A stretch of 64,000 bases of DNA from a virus (lineage: Duplodnaviria; Caudoviricetes). Below the pieces are notes generated by a model. The model was given only the letters and a program-made list of their open reading frames with translations, had not been told where the DNA came from and did no database searches. The position numbers and the translations under genes were made by a program. This document shows positions 1 through 8,611 of this stretch, in pieces; the first letter of the stretch is position 1, and each line of letters opens with the position of its first letter. The stretch lies in IMG/VR virus record IMGVR_UViG_3300032093_000121, positions 62 to 64,061 of that record. One strand, given 5' to 3'.

Positions 1-114
1 CGATCGGGTGACCGAGTCCCTCGTGTCCTGCTCAGGCGGCCTGAGTGCTGACCTCGGTGGTCTTGCCCTTGGCCTCCCATGCCTTGACCGCTGCATCATA
101 CTCAGCGTCGGTCG
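1..114. repeat. Terminal overlap, identical to 63887-64000 (circular assembly)
   Basis: CGATCGGGTGACCGAGTCCC...CTCAGCGTCGGTCG occurs at both ends and cuts through the 3' end of the 32..529 gene. Confidence 0.95.
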
Positions 115-529
115 GCTCCCGGAGGGTGAGGTAGCCAAGCTCAGCGAAGAAGGTCACGTCGCTGACGATCAGTCCCTCGGTCACCTTGCAGTGGAGGAGA
201 GTCATCCCCTCCTTGTACAGGTGGAAGCGCTTGACACAGTTGCCCTTGCCCGGATGACCCTTGATGGAGTCAATGACCCGGAGCATCTTGCGCTGAGGGC
301 GAGCCACCACTGGCTCAGAGGACAGACCCTTGATGGCCTTGCCATTGGTGTGAAGGGTGACCCCGAGGCCGGACTCGGCCTTGGCAGCGACGTTCTGACG
401 GGCGACTTCAATCGGGGCCAGAGTGGCCGGAGCCTTGACGGCGGGAGCGGACTGGGTGACCGGAGCCTTGGCAGCGGGAGCCTTGGCAGCGCGGACAGTG
501 GACTTGGCAGTGGAAGCGAGCTTGGTCAT
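32..529 (-). CDS. Ala/Lys-rich candidate DNA-binding protein, paralog of 27509..28279
   Basis: GGAG SD, own promoter; AKAPAAKAP tail plus RPQRKML..RF..Y..GMT..D...AELGY.TL..PTD domain shared with 27509..28279. Confidence 0.8.
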   Translation of the reverse strand: MTKLASTAKSTVRAAKAPAAKAPVTQSAPAVKAPATLAPIEVARQNVAAKAESGLGVTLHTNGKAIKGLSSEPVVARPQRKMLRVIDSIKGHPGKGNCVKRFHLYKEGMTLLHCKVTEGLIVSDVTFFAELGYLTLREPTDAEYDAAVKAWEAKGKTTEVSTQAA

Positions 530-577
530 TTGAGTTCTCCGTTAAGCGGTGGGCGTCATTGCCTGTACCGTGATTTG

Positions 578-606
578 AGTATGCCATGTCCCAACGGGGA
601 ACGCAA
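578..606 (-). promoter_or_regulatory. Sigma70-like promoter
   Basis: TTGCGT-N17-CATACT upstream of 32..529. Confidence 0.55.
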
Positions 607-958
607 GCACTATTTTTCAGTTGGACACATTATTTTTGGGACTCCCTTCTGGCAGGCGATCGGGCGCGCGATTAGCACAGACCGTGATCGGTTGCAAGGA
701 CTTTCTGTCTGCTGAGACAGATTGATACTGACTGATGCAGATCGGCAACACCAGATAGGACAGGGTTGCTGTCCTATGTCTGAGATCTCCGTCGAGAGGC
801 GTTCCGTCGCAGACGTGGTCACCTACCGACCCACCGACAGACGGACGTCTCTGAGGGACGTGAGGCCGAGAGAGGGACGATCGAGGACGGATCGAGACCG
901 ACCGAGGACGGACGAGAGACCGGAGGACTCCGTCGGTTACCGACCTGGAGCTCTGCCG

Positions 959-1067
959 AGAATGTCTAGATGACAGGTGAATCTTATCATGTGACGATCG
1001 CATCTTGTCAGGCAACCGAGCCCAAGAGAAGGAGCTGCCGAGGTCTCGGGAGAATGTCCAGATGACA
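959..1067. repeat. 18-bp direct repeat pair GAGAATGTC(T/C)AGATGACA
   Basis: Copies at 959-976 and 1050-1067 with one mismatch, in non-coding DNA downstream of terS. Confidence 0.7.
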
Positions 1068-1069
1068 TA

Positions 1070-1609
1070 TCAATCTTGCCCTTCTACCTCTTGGGCTTCA
1101 CCCTCAATCGTCTGTCCAGTGTAGCGAGCTTCCCAGTCGTCGATGCTTGTCACATCGGCCGGAGCGACCAGAACACCGCCGGAGACTTTGACGTCCACTT
1201 CTCGCTTGTCGCGATACCCCTCGTCGTGCTTCTTGAGTTCCAGCTCGATGAGTCGGATGGGATAGATCTTTTCCTCGCTGACGACGTTACCCTGTCGATC
1301 GTAGGTGGTCTTGGTCTGGCCTTCGAATACGAGAGTTTGATGGTGCTCGATCAGGCGAGAGCGATAGGTCTCCTCGGCTTCAAGGCAGGCTTCGGCGAAC
1401 TCCGGATCGAGTTCGAGATGAGCTCGTACAGTCTTTCCTGTAACTCCAGCAGCGGAAGCCGATGTTCCCATCCGACCATGCTTCGCGTATTCCTCCAGGA
1501 ACCGTTGTTTCGCGGCTTCGTCGAATGTCCCACGCTGAGCGACGATCTTGACTCGCCATTCTCCGTCGGGGCCTTGATATTGGACGGGAGCGAATTTAGA
1601 CGTGGTCAT
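1070..1609 (-). CDS. terS: Terminase small subunit
   Basis: HTH-type KQRFLEEYAKHGRMGTSASAAGV..DPEFAEACLEAEE; upstream of terL on the circle; start moved to MTTSKF, which has an AGGAG SD. Confidence 0.7.
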   Translation of the reverse strand: MTTSKFAPVQYQGPDGEWRVKIVAQRGTFDEAAKQRFLEEYAKHGRMGTSASAAGVTGKTVRAHLELDPEFAEACLEAEETYRSRLIEHHQTLVFEGQTKTTYDRQGNVVSEEKIYPIRLIELELKKHDEGYRDKREVDVKVSGGVLVAPADVTSIDDWEARYTGQTIEGEAQEVEGQD

Positions 1610-1664
1610 GGGAGATTTTCTCCTGTTCGCGGGGGAGTAAGAAAACGACAGAAGCCGCAGTGTC

Positions 1665-1694
1665 ACTATAGCCCAGCGAGGAGGCACCTGACAA
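1665..1694 (-). promoter_or_regulatory. Sigma70-like promoter of terS
   Basis: TTGTCA-N18-TATAGT. Confidence 0.55.
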
Positions 1695-2069
1695 GTCAAG
1701 ATTGAGTAGAGTCAACCAATGATCAGACTGACATCCAAATTGATAAGCAATAACAACAGCTTATCTCTATTTATTTCACTTACTTAATTAATCAATAACT
1801 GACACTACTAACTTCTAGCCAGCTTACGCCACAGCCCTCCCTTCCTCTGGGCATACCCACGGTCCACCTGCGAATGTCATACTGTCCCACGCAAATTGCC
1901 CCATGCCGCCAGCCCTCCGAACTTGCGCCGCCTGTAGTGCCACCAACTGACAGGCGGAGGAAGTAACATTCACCGGAGAAACTCCAATGTTTACAAGGTC
2001 GTGTCAGAGCCATATACTGTCAGTCAGCCGCCTCCCTGGCTCCACTTACGTCGCAGAAAGGGCACTCGA

Positions 2070-2675
2070 ATGTCAATCAAGTTAACTCGACCCATTGCAG
2101 CAGACGGAGTTCGTCTGTACTACCGAACAAAATACGATATCCGCGAGGGCATGGTGGGAGGCCATTATCGAGGTCACATGTTTATTCCACCAAAGAACAA
2201 CAGTGAGAAGGGATTGTTCAGACTGATGGACCCAGACAACGTCATGACCTGCATTCGTTTATACCGATGGTTCCTGAAAGAATACGAGCGAGTCAAATTG
2301 AGAGCCGATGGCAACTGGTCGGGGTTGATACAGAAAGACGATCTGATGAACCAGTGTTTCCAAGATTGGCCGAGTGTGGGGAAACACCGAGTCGGGCGTT
2401 TGCTAAGGCTGATCGTGCAGTACGAGACAAACTTCCAGCGCAATCGTACCGACAAGATGGCGACACAGATGTTCTGGCGATGGACTCATCCACTTGACAT
2501 TGTGTATGGGTTGGAACACCTGATGCTGACTTGGCTTCCCAAAGTGGTAAAGGCAGACGACGGCTCATGTGAAACGATTGATGATCTGATGGAAGAGTTC
2601 GAGATCCTCAGAGACCAGACAAAGGAAGAGGACCATGCTCTTATTGAGATGATCCTCGAAAAGAACCTTAGATAA
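2070..2675 (+). CDS. Hypothetical protein, the only plus-strand gene
   Basis: No competing minus-strand gene; protein-like composition; AAAGGG before MSIKLTRP. Confidence 0.65.
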   Translation: MSIKLTRPIAADGVRLYYRTKYDIREGMVGGHYRGHMFIPPKNNSEKGLFRLMDPDNVMTCIRLYRWFLKEYERVKLRADGNWSGLIQKDDLMNQCFQDWPSVGKHRVGRLLRLIVQYETNFQRNRTDKMATQMFWRWTHPLDIVYGLEHLMLTWLPKVVKADDGSCETIDDLMEEFEILRDQTKEEDHALIEMILEKNLR

Positions 2676-2694
2676 TTTTTGACGAACCGATTGC

Positions 2695-2729
2695 GCCCAG
2701 AGGTGAGACTGACGGCCTCCTCTCTGGGC
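2695..2729. terminator. Hairpin between convergent genes
   Basis: GCCCAGAG...CTCTGGGC stem. Confidence 0.45.
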
Positions 2730-2737
2730 TTCTCGGA

Positions 2738-4153
2738 CTAGTTCAGATTGGAGCGCCTCTCGGAAGTCTGCTGTTGCTGAACCTCGGTGAGGAACTCCGC
2801 CTTCCACTCGTTCAGAGCGAACTCATGCTGCAAGGAGCGGTTCTCATCAAAGAGGTCATTGACCGCACGGAGAACGTCCTGCACTGTGACGCCGCGAGGT
2901 ATTCCGTCGAGTTTGTCACGATTGAATGCAAGTCGTTTTGCTCGCATTGGAACGCTCGCCGCCATTGCTCCGGATACGATATGCTCGAGGGTGAAAGCCT
3001 TCGCCTTCATGTCCTTCAGTTTGCCCTCTTCGATACCGATGGCGTGAGCCTCCAGGATGATCTTGTGAGGATCAGTGAACGACTCGAGCGCAGCGAACAC
3101 GAGGTCCTCTATGGAGACCTTGTCGTCCTTCAGTATGCCGTGGAAGTTCTTCTGGAGGATCACTCGGAGAGCTTCCTTGTTCGGACGTTTGACGACGATT
3201 TTGAAGTCACAGCGGCCATCACGCAAGACGGCTTGATCGATCACCTCCGGACGGTTCGTTGCCAAGAGGACGAACGCTCCAGACTCTTGCATCCCGTCCA
3301 TTTCAGCGAGGAAGGTTGCCACTTGGCTTTCTTCCCACGGTGCGACACGACGCACTCTTCCGGTCCTATCGGGCAGAAGGACTTCGGCCTCGTCCATGAA
3401 CACGAGCAGAGGGTGACCGTAATGATTGCGGTATTCGCGAGCATACGTGAAGATCGCTTTGATGCGCTCCTCTGTTTCGCCGACATACATCGACTGGAGC
3501 TCACTGCCAGAGATCGACAAGAACTCAGTTGTCGATCCGTACAGCCGCTTCATCTCGGAGGCAGCGGCCTTCGCGAACATTGTCTTGCCACATCCTGGAG
3601 GCCCAGAGAGGAGAGCGCCCTTCGGCATTTTCATGCCATAGGCTTCATAGAGAGCCTTGTGCTTGATGGGAGCCTCGATCGCATCGCGAAGCAAGCCGAG
3701 CGCTGCATCGTTACCGACGATATCATCGAAAGACTGTTGAGGAGCCTCGCAGATATATTCCGCAACGGCTTTGCGAGCTTCCTTCAGTGATTCAGGCTTG
3801 TCATCGGATGCTTCGCGAAGGATGCTGTCACGAATACCAGCCTTATCACGAAGAGCACCGAGGATCATCTCTTCCATCATAATGAAAGGAATTTCACGCC
3901 CATTCATTGTCGCCATATTCTCGGTCCTTCCTGACCTTCTGCCACCACCGAAGGAACCGCGTCCTCCGAGACGAGCTGTTTCTGGATTGCAACTCGCGCA
4001 GTTGGGATCACCACAACCACGCAGTTGATATTGACGAGGCTCTTCAATACGAGGAGCTTCTTGTTCTTTCGGCCGCTCGATCTTGTTCGGCCCTCTGTAG
4101 TTCGGATCAAAGGGAGAGCCGAACTTCTTGTCCTTGTCATTGCGTCTCGACAT
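2738..4153 (-). CDS. AAA+ ATPase of the ARC/Mpa (proteasomal ATPase) type
   Basis: Walker A GPPGCGKT, pore loop MYVGETE, Walker B VFMDEAE, SRH ATNRPEVIDQAVLRDGR, C-terminal SGAM..RAK. Confidence 0.85.
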   Translation of the reverse strand: MSRRNDKDKKFGSPFDPNYRGPNKIERPKEQEAPRIEEPRQYQLRGCGDPNCASCNPETARLGGRGSFGGGRRSGRTENMATMNGREIPFIMMEEMILGALRDKAGIRDSILREASDDKPESLKEARKAVAEYICEAPQQSFDDIVGNDAALGLLRDAIEAPIKHKALYEAYGMKMPKGALLSGPPGCGKTMFAKAAASEMKRLYGSTTEFLSISGSELQSMYVGETEERIKAIFTYAREYRNHYGHPLLVFMDEAEVLLPDRTGRVRRVAPWEESQVATFLAEMDGMQESGAFVLLATNRPEVIDQAVLRDGRCDFKIVVKRPNKEALRVILQKNFHGILKDDKVSIEDLVFAALESFTDPHKIILEAHAIGIEEGKLKDMKAKAFTLEHIVSGAMAASVPMRAKRLAFNRDKLDGIPRGVTVQDVLRAVNDLFDENRSLQHEFALNEWKAEFLTEVQQQQTSERRSNLN

Positions 4154-4155
4154 CT

Positions 4156-4386
4156 TCAGCCCTCTACCTTGTGGAGTTCACCGTTTTCCTGGCGAACGTA
4201 TTTCTGTCCTTTGCCAAGGCCGAGACCTCCGGGACGACCGAAGAGATCGTAGCTGGCCTGAGTCATGGTCGCCCATGGACCGCTCATCGTGGCAGCGTCA
4301 TAGATGACCTCTCCCGGCTCATTTGTGAAAGGTTGGCCGAAATCGTCTTCTGACATCCGTTCGGCGCTGAGGTATCTGTCTGCCAT
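4156..4386 (-). CDS. Hypothetical protein
   Basis: AGGAG SD, follows a promoter, abuts the next gene. Confidence 0.65.
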   Translation of the reverse strand: MADRYLSAERMSEDDFGQPFTNEPGEVIYDAATMSGPWATMTQASYDLFGRPGGLGLGKGQKYVRQENGELHKVEG

Positions 4387-4411
4387 GAGTAACTCCTATT
4401 GCTATGAACTC

Positions 4412-4440
4412 ACCATACCATCCAGGAGTTCAATTGACAA
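4412..4440 (-). promoter_or_regulatory. Motif-family promoter 1
   Basis: TTGTCA-attgaac..(N17)-TATGGT. Confidence 0.7.
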
Positions 4441-4478
4441 GTGCTTTGTTTCTACCAGAGAACGTTTATACCGAGACG

Positions 4479-4561
4479 CTCAGACAGCCGCTCAGAGCCG
4501 CCACCTGCTAGGCTACCATTGCCCGGACCCATGCCTGAACGCCTCTGAGGCCGCTCTGAGG
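4479..4561. repeat. TCWGAG-box island A
   Basis: CTCAGA..CTCAGAG, then a spacer, then CTCTGAG..CTCTGAG 11 bp apart. Confidence 0.65.
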
Positions 4562-4617
4562 GCTGGCGAATGGGCCATTGCACGGTCAACCTGCCTTGCG
4601 CTGCTCCAGCAGTTCCT

Positions 4618-4833
4618 TCATCCTCTGAAGAGCTGAATGATCGGCAAGATGACAGGTGACCAGCCCAAGAGAAGCAGCAGGATGAAGAGAGGAACGGAGA
4701 GAACCCTCTTTACCACGGCCAGTCCAGGATGCTGACGATCCCATTCGGCGTAATACTCGTTCCACTGGCGAGTAGTCTTCACACCGTATGCGTCCATTTC
4801 CTGGAGGCGCTTCTTCTCTTGGGCCAGATCCAT
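4618..4833 (-). CDS. Small membrane protein
   Basis: GAGGAG SD before MDLAQEKK; hydrophobic C-terminus. Confidence 0.6.
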   Translation of the reverse strand: MDLAQEKKRLQEMDAYGVKTTRQWNEYYAEWDRQHPGLAVVKRVLSVPLFILLLLLGWSPVILPIIQLFRG

Positions 4834-4835
4834 GG

Positions 4836-5186
4836 TCAAAGCTCCTCTTGGAACTTGACTGATTTGAAAAGGTCGATCACTGCGGAACGAGGAGCAGTCC
4901 ACTCGTTGCCTTCGCCTGTGACTTCGATGTCGTTGACGATGAGTCCCTTGCCAAGGAACCATCCCTGACCAGCGAACTGGAACCTGCCCTTCGGCTTGTC
5001 CCGCTTGACGAGAGCTTCCTCGTCCACGTAGACGACGTCGCCGTTGGCAAGACGAACAGCGGCCTCGATCATATCGCACTGGATATGTTCGTAGGCCGAC
5101 TTGAGATCATCGGAGCCGAGCTCAACGATGGAGACCTTGCGCTCGGCAGGGTCGATGAGAATTGCGTGACGGACCCGCTTGTCCAT
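4836..5186 (-). CDS. DUF3846-like hypothetical protein
   Basis: AILIDP..I.CDMIE....YVDEEAL..G.GLIV pattern; GGAGG SD. Confidence 0.6.
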   Translation of the reverse strand: MDKRVRHAILIDPAERKVSIVELGSDDLKSAYEHIQCDMIEAAVRLANGDVVYVDEEALVKRDKPKGRFQFAGQGWFLGKGLIVNDIEVTGEGNEWTAPRSAVIDLFKSVKFQEEL

Positions 5187-5212
5187 GATAACCTCCTCCC
5201 CCGTGAATGGAA

Positions 5213-5243
5213 CTGGCCGACCTCGGGGGTGGAGGTCGGCCAG
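5213..5243 (-). terminator. Perfect 12-bp GC hairpin
   Basis: CTGGCCGACCTC-N7-GAGGTCGGCCAG. Confidence 0.6.
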
Positions 5244-5265
5244 CGCTCAGAAGTCGACCAGGACC

Positions 5266-5421
5266 TTAGTCCTCGCCGCCCTCGTCGCCTTCGCCGTCGC
5301 CGGCATCGTCGCCCGAATCGTCGCCGCCATTGTCTTCGCCGGTGCCTTCGCCGCCGTTGTCGTCGACCTGCTGTTCGGTATCGTCGGGGCCAGTGCCGCC
5401 TTCGTTGTCCAAGTTGCTCAT
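5266..5421 (-). CDS. Very acidic 51-aa Gly/Asp/Glu peptide
   Basis: AAGGAGG SD before MSNLDNEGG; followed by a hairpin. Confidence 0.6.
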   Translation of the reverse strand: MSNLDNEGGTGPDDTEQQVDDNGGEGTGEDNGGDDSGDDAGDGEGDEGGED

Positions 5422-5486
5422 CTTGAGCCTCCTTCCGTTGTTGAGCTGTCTCATCAGTGACACTTGCTCAGGGTGCCAGACGATCG

Positions 5487-5797
5487 CTATGCGACCGTTT
5501 CGACCGGGAAACCTTCGTCGTCAGTTTCCACGCCGGGTTGACCGTCGACTTCCTGACGCATCCATTCACGGTACTTGTCCAGGAGATAGGTGCGACAGAA
5601 GGCGTGGAAGGATAGCCCTCGATACCGGCGAACGCCATGCCCATGTTCACGTGATGGATGGTGCAAGCCGGATCGGTCGGCATTGCTTCGAGGATCTTCC
5701 AGGCTTTCGGCCCGAGATAGTCCTTGATATCCTTGATGGCAGCGGCGTCGTTGGCTTTACGATCGGGACCGTTGTAGCGGATGTTGGTCTTCATCAT
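5487..5797 (-). pseudogene. Hypothetical gene with an apparent 1-nt deletion near 5608
   Basis: AAGGAGG SD and promoter; after GIEGYP the protein-like frame continues HAFCRTYLLDKYREW..VETVA* in another frame; span is 311 nt. Confidence 0.5.
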
Positions 5798-5819
5798 TGC
5801 CTCCTTGGTTAATGACATC

Positions 5820-5848
5820 ACTATGCCACGCCGATGTTCAAATGACAA
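5820..5848 (-). promoter_or_regulatory. Motif-family promoter 2
   Basis: TTGTCA-tttgaac..(N17)-CATAGT. Confidence 0.7.
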
Positions 5849-5850
5849 GC

Positions 5851-6100
5851 CTATTGTTTCCTTTAGGAAAGTCAGACCGGCTCCCGTGATGAAGACCCTC
5901 TCTCCGTCGGAAACGATCAATCCCCGGCGGAGCAGCGTGTAAGGAGTGGTGGAGTGACCCGAGGTCGCAGGGACACCGTCGATGCAGAGGCGAACCCACC
6001 GATCGAATGTCCCGACCTTCCCATTGGCCAGAGCCATGAGAATGTGAGCCTGGAGGGCGTTCCAGGTATTGGGATTGACCATCGGCTCCTTGAGTTCCAT
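5851..6100 (-). CDS. Small winged-helix-like protein whose stop is apparently lost by a 1-nt insertion
   Basis: TGATG-coupled start MELKEP; LLRRGLI...ITGAG pattern; TAG at 5851-5853 is one base out of frame. Confidence 0.45.
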
Positions 6101-6699
6101 CAGAATGTCCTCACCCCACCGACACGGAGAAGGCGACGAGCCCATCGGTCGATTGCCCAAGCAGACTGGATCTTCGCTGCCTTCCGGAACTTGATCATCA
6201 GATCGAAGTGCATCCGTGCGAGACCGTTGTTGCCATCGCAGTAGATGTCGTGCCAAGCGAGGTTCCACTTCTGGTCGCCGATGACAAAGTCGAACGCGTC
6301 CTGCACGTGGATCGTGACCCGAGGATTATCGCGGAATTGCCTACCGAAGTGAGAAGCGATTTCCGGATCCTTTTCGATGACATCAATGTGCTCGACATTG
6401 GAGTTCCCCAGCGCCATGCGGACGAAGCAGCCAAAGCCGAGACCAGTCTTCAGGATGCGACCCTCAGCCAGCCAGACAGCCTGGAGATGGCGAGACAGCT
6501 CGCTGTCGCTGTCGTCCATGATTGTGAAGCCGCCGAAGCCCTCGTCGCTGACGGTGTGGAACGAACCGCCCGAGTGAGCGTCGAACAGGAACGCGTCTCC
6601 GTTGTAGAGCATCGCATTCATGTGACCACTCTTGGACTTCCAAGGCAGAAGGTCGCGAGGCAGCTTCCCCGCATTCAGTAGAGAACCTGTGTCCATCAT
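6100..6699 (-). CDS. Class I SAM-dependent methyltransferase / spermidine-synthase-like protein
   Basis: ILKTGLGFG, IDVIEKDPEI, VQDAF, WHDIY motifs. Confidence 0.75.
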   Translation of the reverse strand: MMDTGSLLNAGKLPRDLLPWKSKSGHMNAMLYNGDAFLFDAHSGGSFHTVSDEGFGGFTIMDDSDSELSRHLQAVWLAEGRILKTGLGFGCFVRMALGNSNVEHIDVIEKDPEIASHFGRQFRDNPRVTIHVQDAFDFVIGDQKWNLAWHDIYCDGNNGLARMHFDLMIKFRKAAKIQSAWAIDRWARRLLRVGGVRTF

Positions 6700-6944
6700 G
6701 CAACCACCCTTGGTTCCCGTGTGAAGTTGTGCAACTTCTCCGGATTCTTTGGAGCTGGCTTCGGAGTGAAGTCAACCTCATTCTTTGTCTTCATGACCAA
6801 GACTGAGTGATCATGGTTGAGAGCCCACGACATATGACGAAAGAGCCAGCGACGGCTCTCCTGGTCTTCAAAGTCGATGGTGACAATCTTCGGTGGCTCG
6901 TCAAGAGCATGACGATCTCGAGTTTGAACTTTCACGGGTTTCAC
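6696..6944 (-). CDS. Hypothetical protein
   Basis: 4-nt overlaps with both neighbours. Confidence 0.6.
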   Translation of the reverse strand: MKPVKVQTRDRHALDEPPKIVTIDFEDQESRRWLFRHMSWALNHDHSVLVMKTKNEVDFTPKPAPKNPEKLHNFTREPRVVA

Positions 6945-7147
6945 GGCAGTCCCACCCTTTCGTAATCCATGTCCATGCGATGGTAATCGTAGTCCGTCGC
7001 ATTGGGGTCTTCACGGAGGGCTCTGTTGCGAGCCTTCCACTGCGCCATCTCCATGGAGTAGCGCAAACGGTTGAGGAGCCGACCGAGATCCTTCGGTTGG
7101 CCCTCACTGAGGTCCTCGTGGAACCTGATCTCGATTATCGTCCCCAT
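6941..7147 (-). CDS. Hypothetical protein
   Basis: Translationally coupled in the operon. Confidence 0.6.
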   Translation of the reverse strand: MGTIIEIRFHEDLSEGQPKDLGRLLNRLRYSMEMAQWKARNRALREDPNATDYDYHRMDMDYERVGLP

Positions 7148-7323
7148 TACTCGCCGATCTCCAAAGTGATGGTGAGGCTATGGGGAGGCTTCTCTCCCAA
7201 AACCGCCCGAGGAACATAGAGCGACATTTCCTTCAGGGAAGAGGTGTTGCTCTGGCTGCGATAACGAACAGAATGCTTCTTGTCTTCATCTTTGACAAAG
7301 ACCTCCGTGATTTTCTTGCCCAT
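7147..7323 (-). CDS. Hypothetical 58-aa protein, not in the ORF track
   Basis: MGKKITEVFVKDEDKKHSVRY..LEIGE*; GGGAG SD; fills the gap exactly with TAATG coupling. Confidence 0.65.
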   Translation of the reverse strand: MGKKITEVFVKDEDKKHSVRYRSQSNTSSLKEMSLYVPRAVLGEKPPHSLTITLEIGE

Positions 7324-7324
7324 G

Positions 7325-7528
7325 CTACTCCCCTTCGACGTAGTCTGAATATCCGTTATCGTGGATCAGGACTACGAACTGATCCCAATTCTCATGAACG
7401 ACGAGGGCCTCATACGAGTCACCCTCACCAGTTGCAAGAATCCACTGACCGTCGGCAAAACCGATACGCATATCGGATTGAGGATCACCGAGGCAGCCGA
7501 GCAGGATCTTTCTCTGGGCTTCTGTCAT
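7325..7528 (-). CDS. Hypothetical protein
   Basis: ATGA overlap with the upstream gene. Confidence 0.6.
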   Translation of the reverse strand: MTEAQRKILLGCLGDPQSDMRIGFADGQWILATGEGDSYEALVVHENWDQFVVLIHDNGYSDYVEGE

Positions 7529-7734
7529 GACTGACGAGCCTCCTCGCGGAACTTACCACGGATGAACTCGTTGAAATAGCGACCGACAGAGCTCGCGTTG
7601 ACGAATTCATTGATCGTGTCCAACGGAACATCGAAGAATTCATACTTGCCACGATTGTGGAATTCCACAATCATCGAGCCGCGACCTGTTTCCTCGATGC
7701 TCTTGATCGAGGTGCTGTGAACTTCATGCTTCAT
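7525..7734 (-). CDS. KTSC domain protein
   Basis: STSIKSI..VEFHN.GKYEFFDVP...EFVNASSVGRYFNEFIRGKF. Confidence 0.8.
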   Translation of the reverse strand: MKHEVHSTSIKSIEETGRGSMIVEFHNRGKYEFFDVPLDTINEFVNASSVGRYFNEFIRGKFREEARQS

Positions 7735-7942
7735 CGGACTTCTCCTTTTCCACTGAGTAACGACCGTCCTTGTCACGAACGATCCAATCGCCAGGAAGAC
7801 CGAGTTCCTCGGTCCCATCATTGTGGATGAGCGCAATGCCACACTCATCACCGGACCAGTCCTCGATGTTCTCATGGAGCCACTCGATCATTTCTTCCGA
7901 GGGCATCTCATCGTGAGCGGGTATCCTGTAACGGTCAGCCAT
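7724..7942 (-). CDS. Hypothetical protein
   Basis: AAGGAGG SD; PGDWIVRDKDG motif. Confidence 0.65.
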   Translation of the reverse strand: MADRYRIPAHDEMPSEEMIEWLHENIEDWSGDECGIALIHNDGTEELGLPGDWIVRDKDGRYSVEKEKSDEA

Positions 7943-7967
7943 TGTGAACCTCCTTGACTATACCCTC

Positions 7968-7996
7968 ATGATGGCACGGCAAAAGTCAAATGACAA
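7968..7996 (-). promoter_or_regulatory. Motif-family promoter 3
   Basis: TTGTCA-tttgac..(N17)-CATCAT. Confidence 0.65.
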
Positions 7997-8019
7997 GTGC
8001 AAATATTCAGCGTTTGAAA

Positions 8020-8223
8020 CTATCTTATGATGAGCCAGATAACAAAGGCGATCACAGCCCAGAGGAGAAGACCTGGAATGATCGCGTTGCGAAGACCCTT
8101 CCAGAACTTGCCATCCACATGAGGACGATATCCCATTTGGAACTCCTTTATTATGATTGAAGGATCTAACGAAGGAGGAAGAACGACGAGAGCGATAACC
8201 ATCGCAATTAGAATTTTATCCAT
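8020..8223 (-). CDS. Small membrane protein
   Basis: Two hydrophobic segments. Confidence 0.55.
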   Translation of the reverse strand: MDKILIAMVIALVVLPPSLDPSIIIKEFQMGYRPHVDGKFWKGLRNAIIPGLLLWAVIAFVIWLIIR

Positions 8224-8611
8224 AGGAGATCACCGTGAGTTGGATGCCAGCTTTCTCTGATTGCTGGATCATGTTGAGAGTTCCTCTGCCGCCTGGAAAG
8301 GCGACCACATGCTCAACTTTCGTGAATTTGAGCATCCATTGATTTCGAAGAATTCCCGCAGATTTTCCGAATCCTCCCCACTGAGCAGGAACAATAATCT
8401 CAGGTATCTTGTGAGCGATCGCCCATTCTCCGGCTAGACGATCTGCACCATCTGCTCCTCCCTGCACTATGCAGGATATATGAAGATCATCTAGAGTACG
8501 AAACAGAAGATCTTTATCACGGAAATCTCTGCCTCCACAAACGAGAGTAACCTTCGGCTCTTCTCGTTTGTTCTGAAGATAGAAGCCCATTGCCATCTGT
8601 TCGCTATCCAC
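8216..8611 (-). CDS. SLOG-superfamily YspA/DUF2493 protein
   Basis: VCGGRDF, VQGGADGAD, AG.LRN..ML, VAFPGGRGT. Confidence 0.85.
   Translation of the reverse strand: MDSEQMAMGFYLQNKREEPKVTLVCGGRDFRDKDLLFRTLDDLHISCIVQGGADGADRLAGEWAIAHKIPEIIVPAQWGGFGKSAGILRNQWMLKFTKVEHVVAFPGGRGTLNMIQQSEKAGIQLTVISYG

Noticed and set aside
1-114. Biological direct terminal repeat
   Set aside because: It cuts through a gene and runs to the window edge; more likely assembler overlap
5468-6268. Single 266-aa gene
   Set aside because: Contains an internal promoter and SD plus signs of two indels
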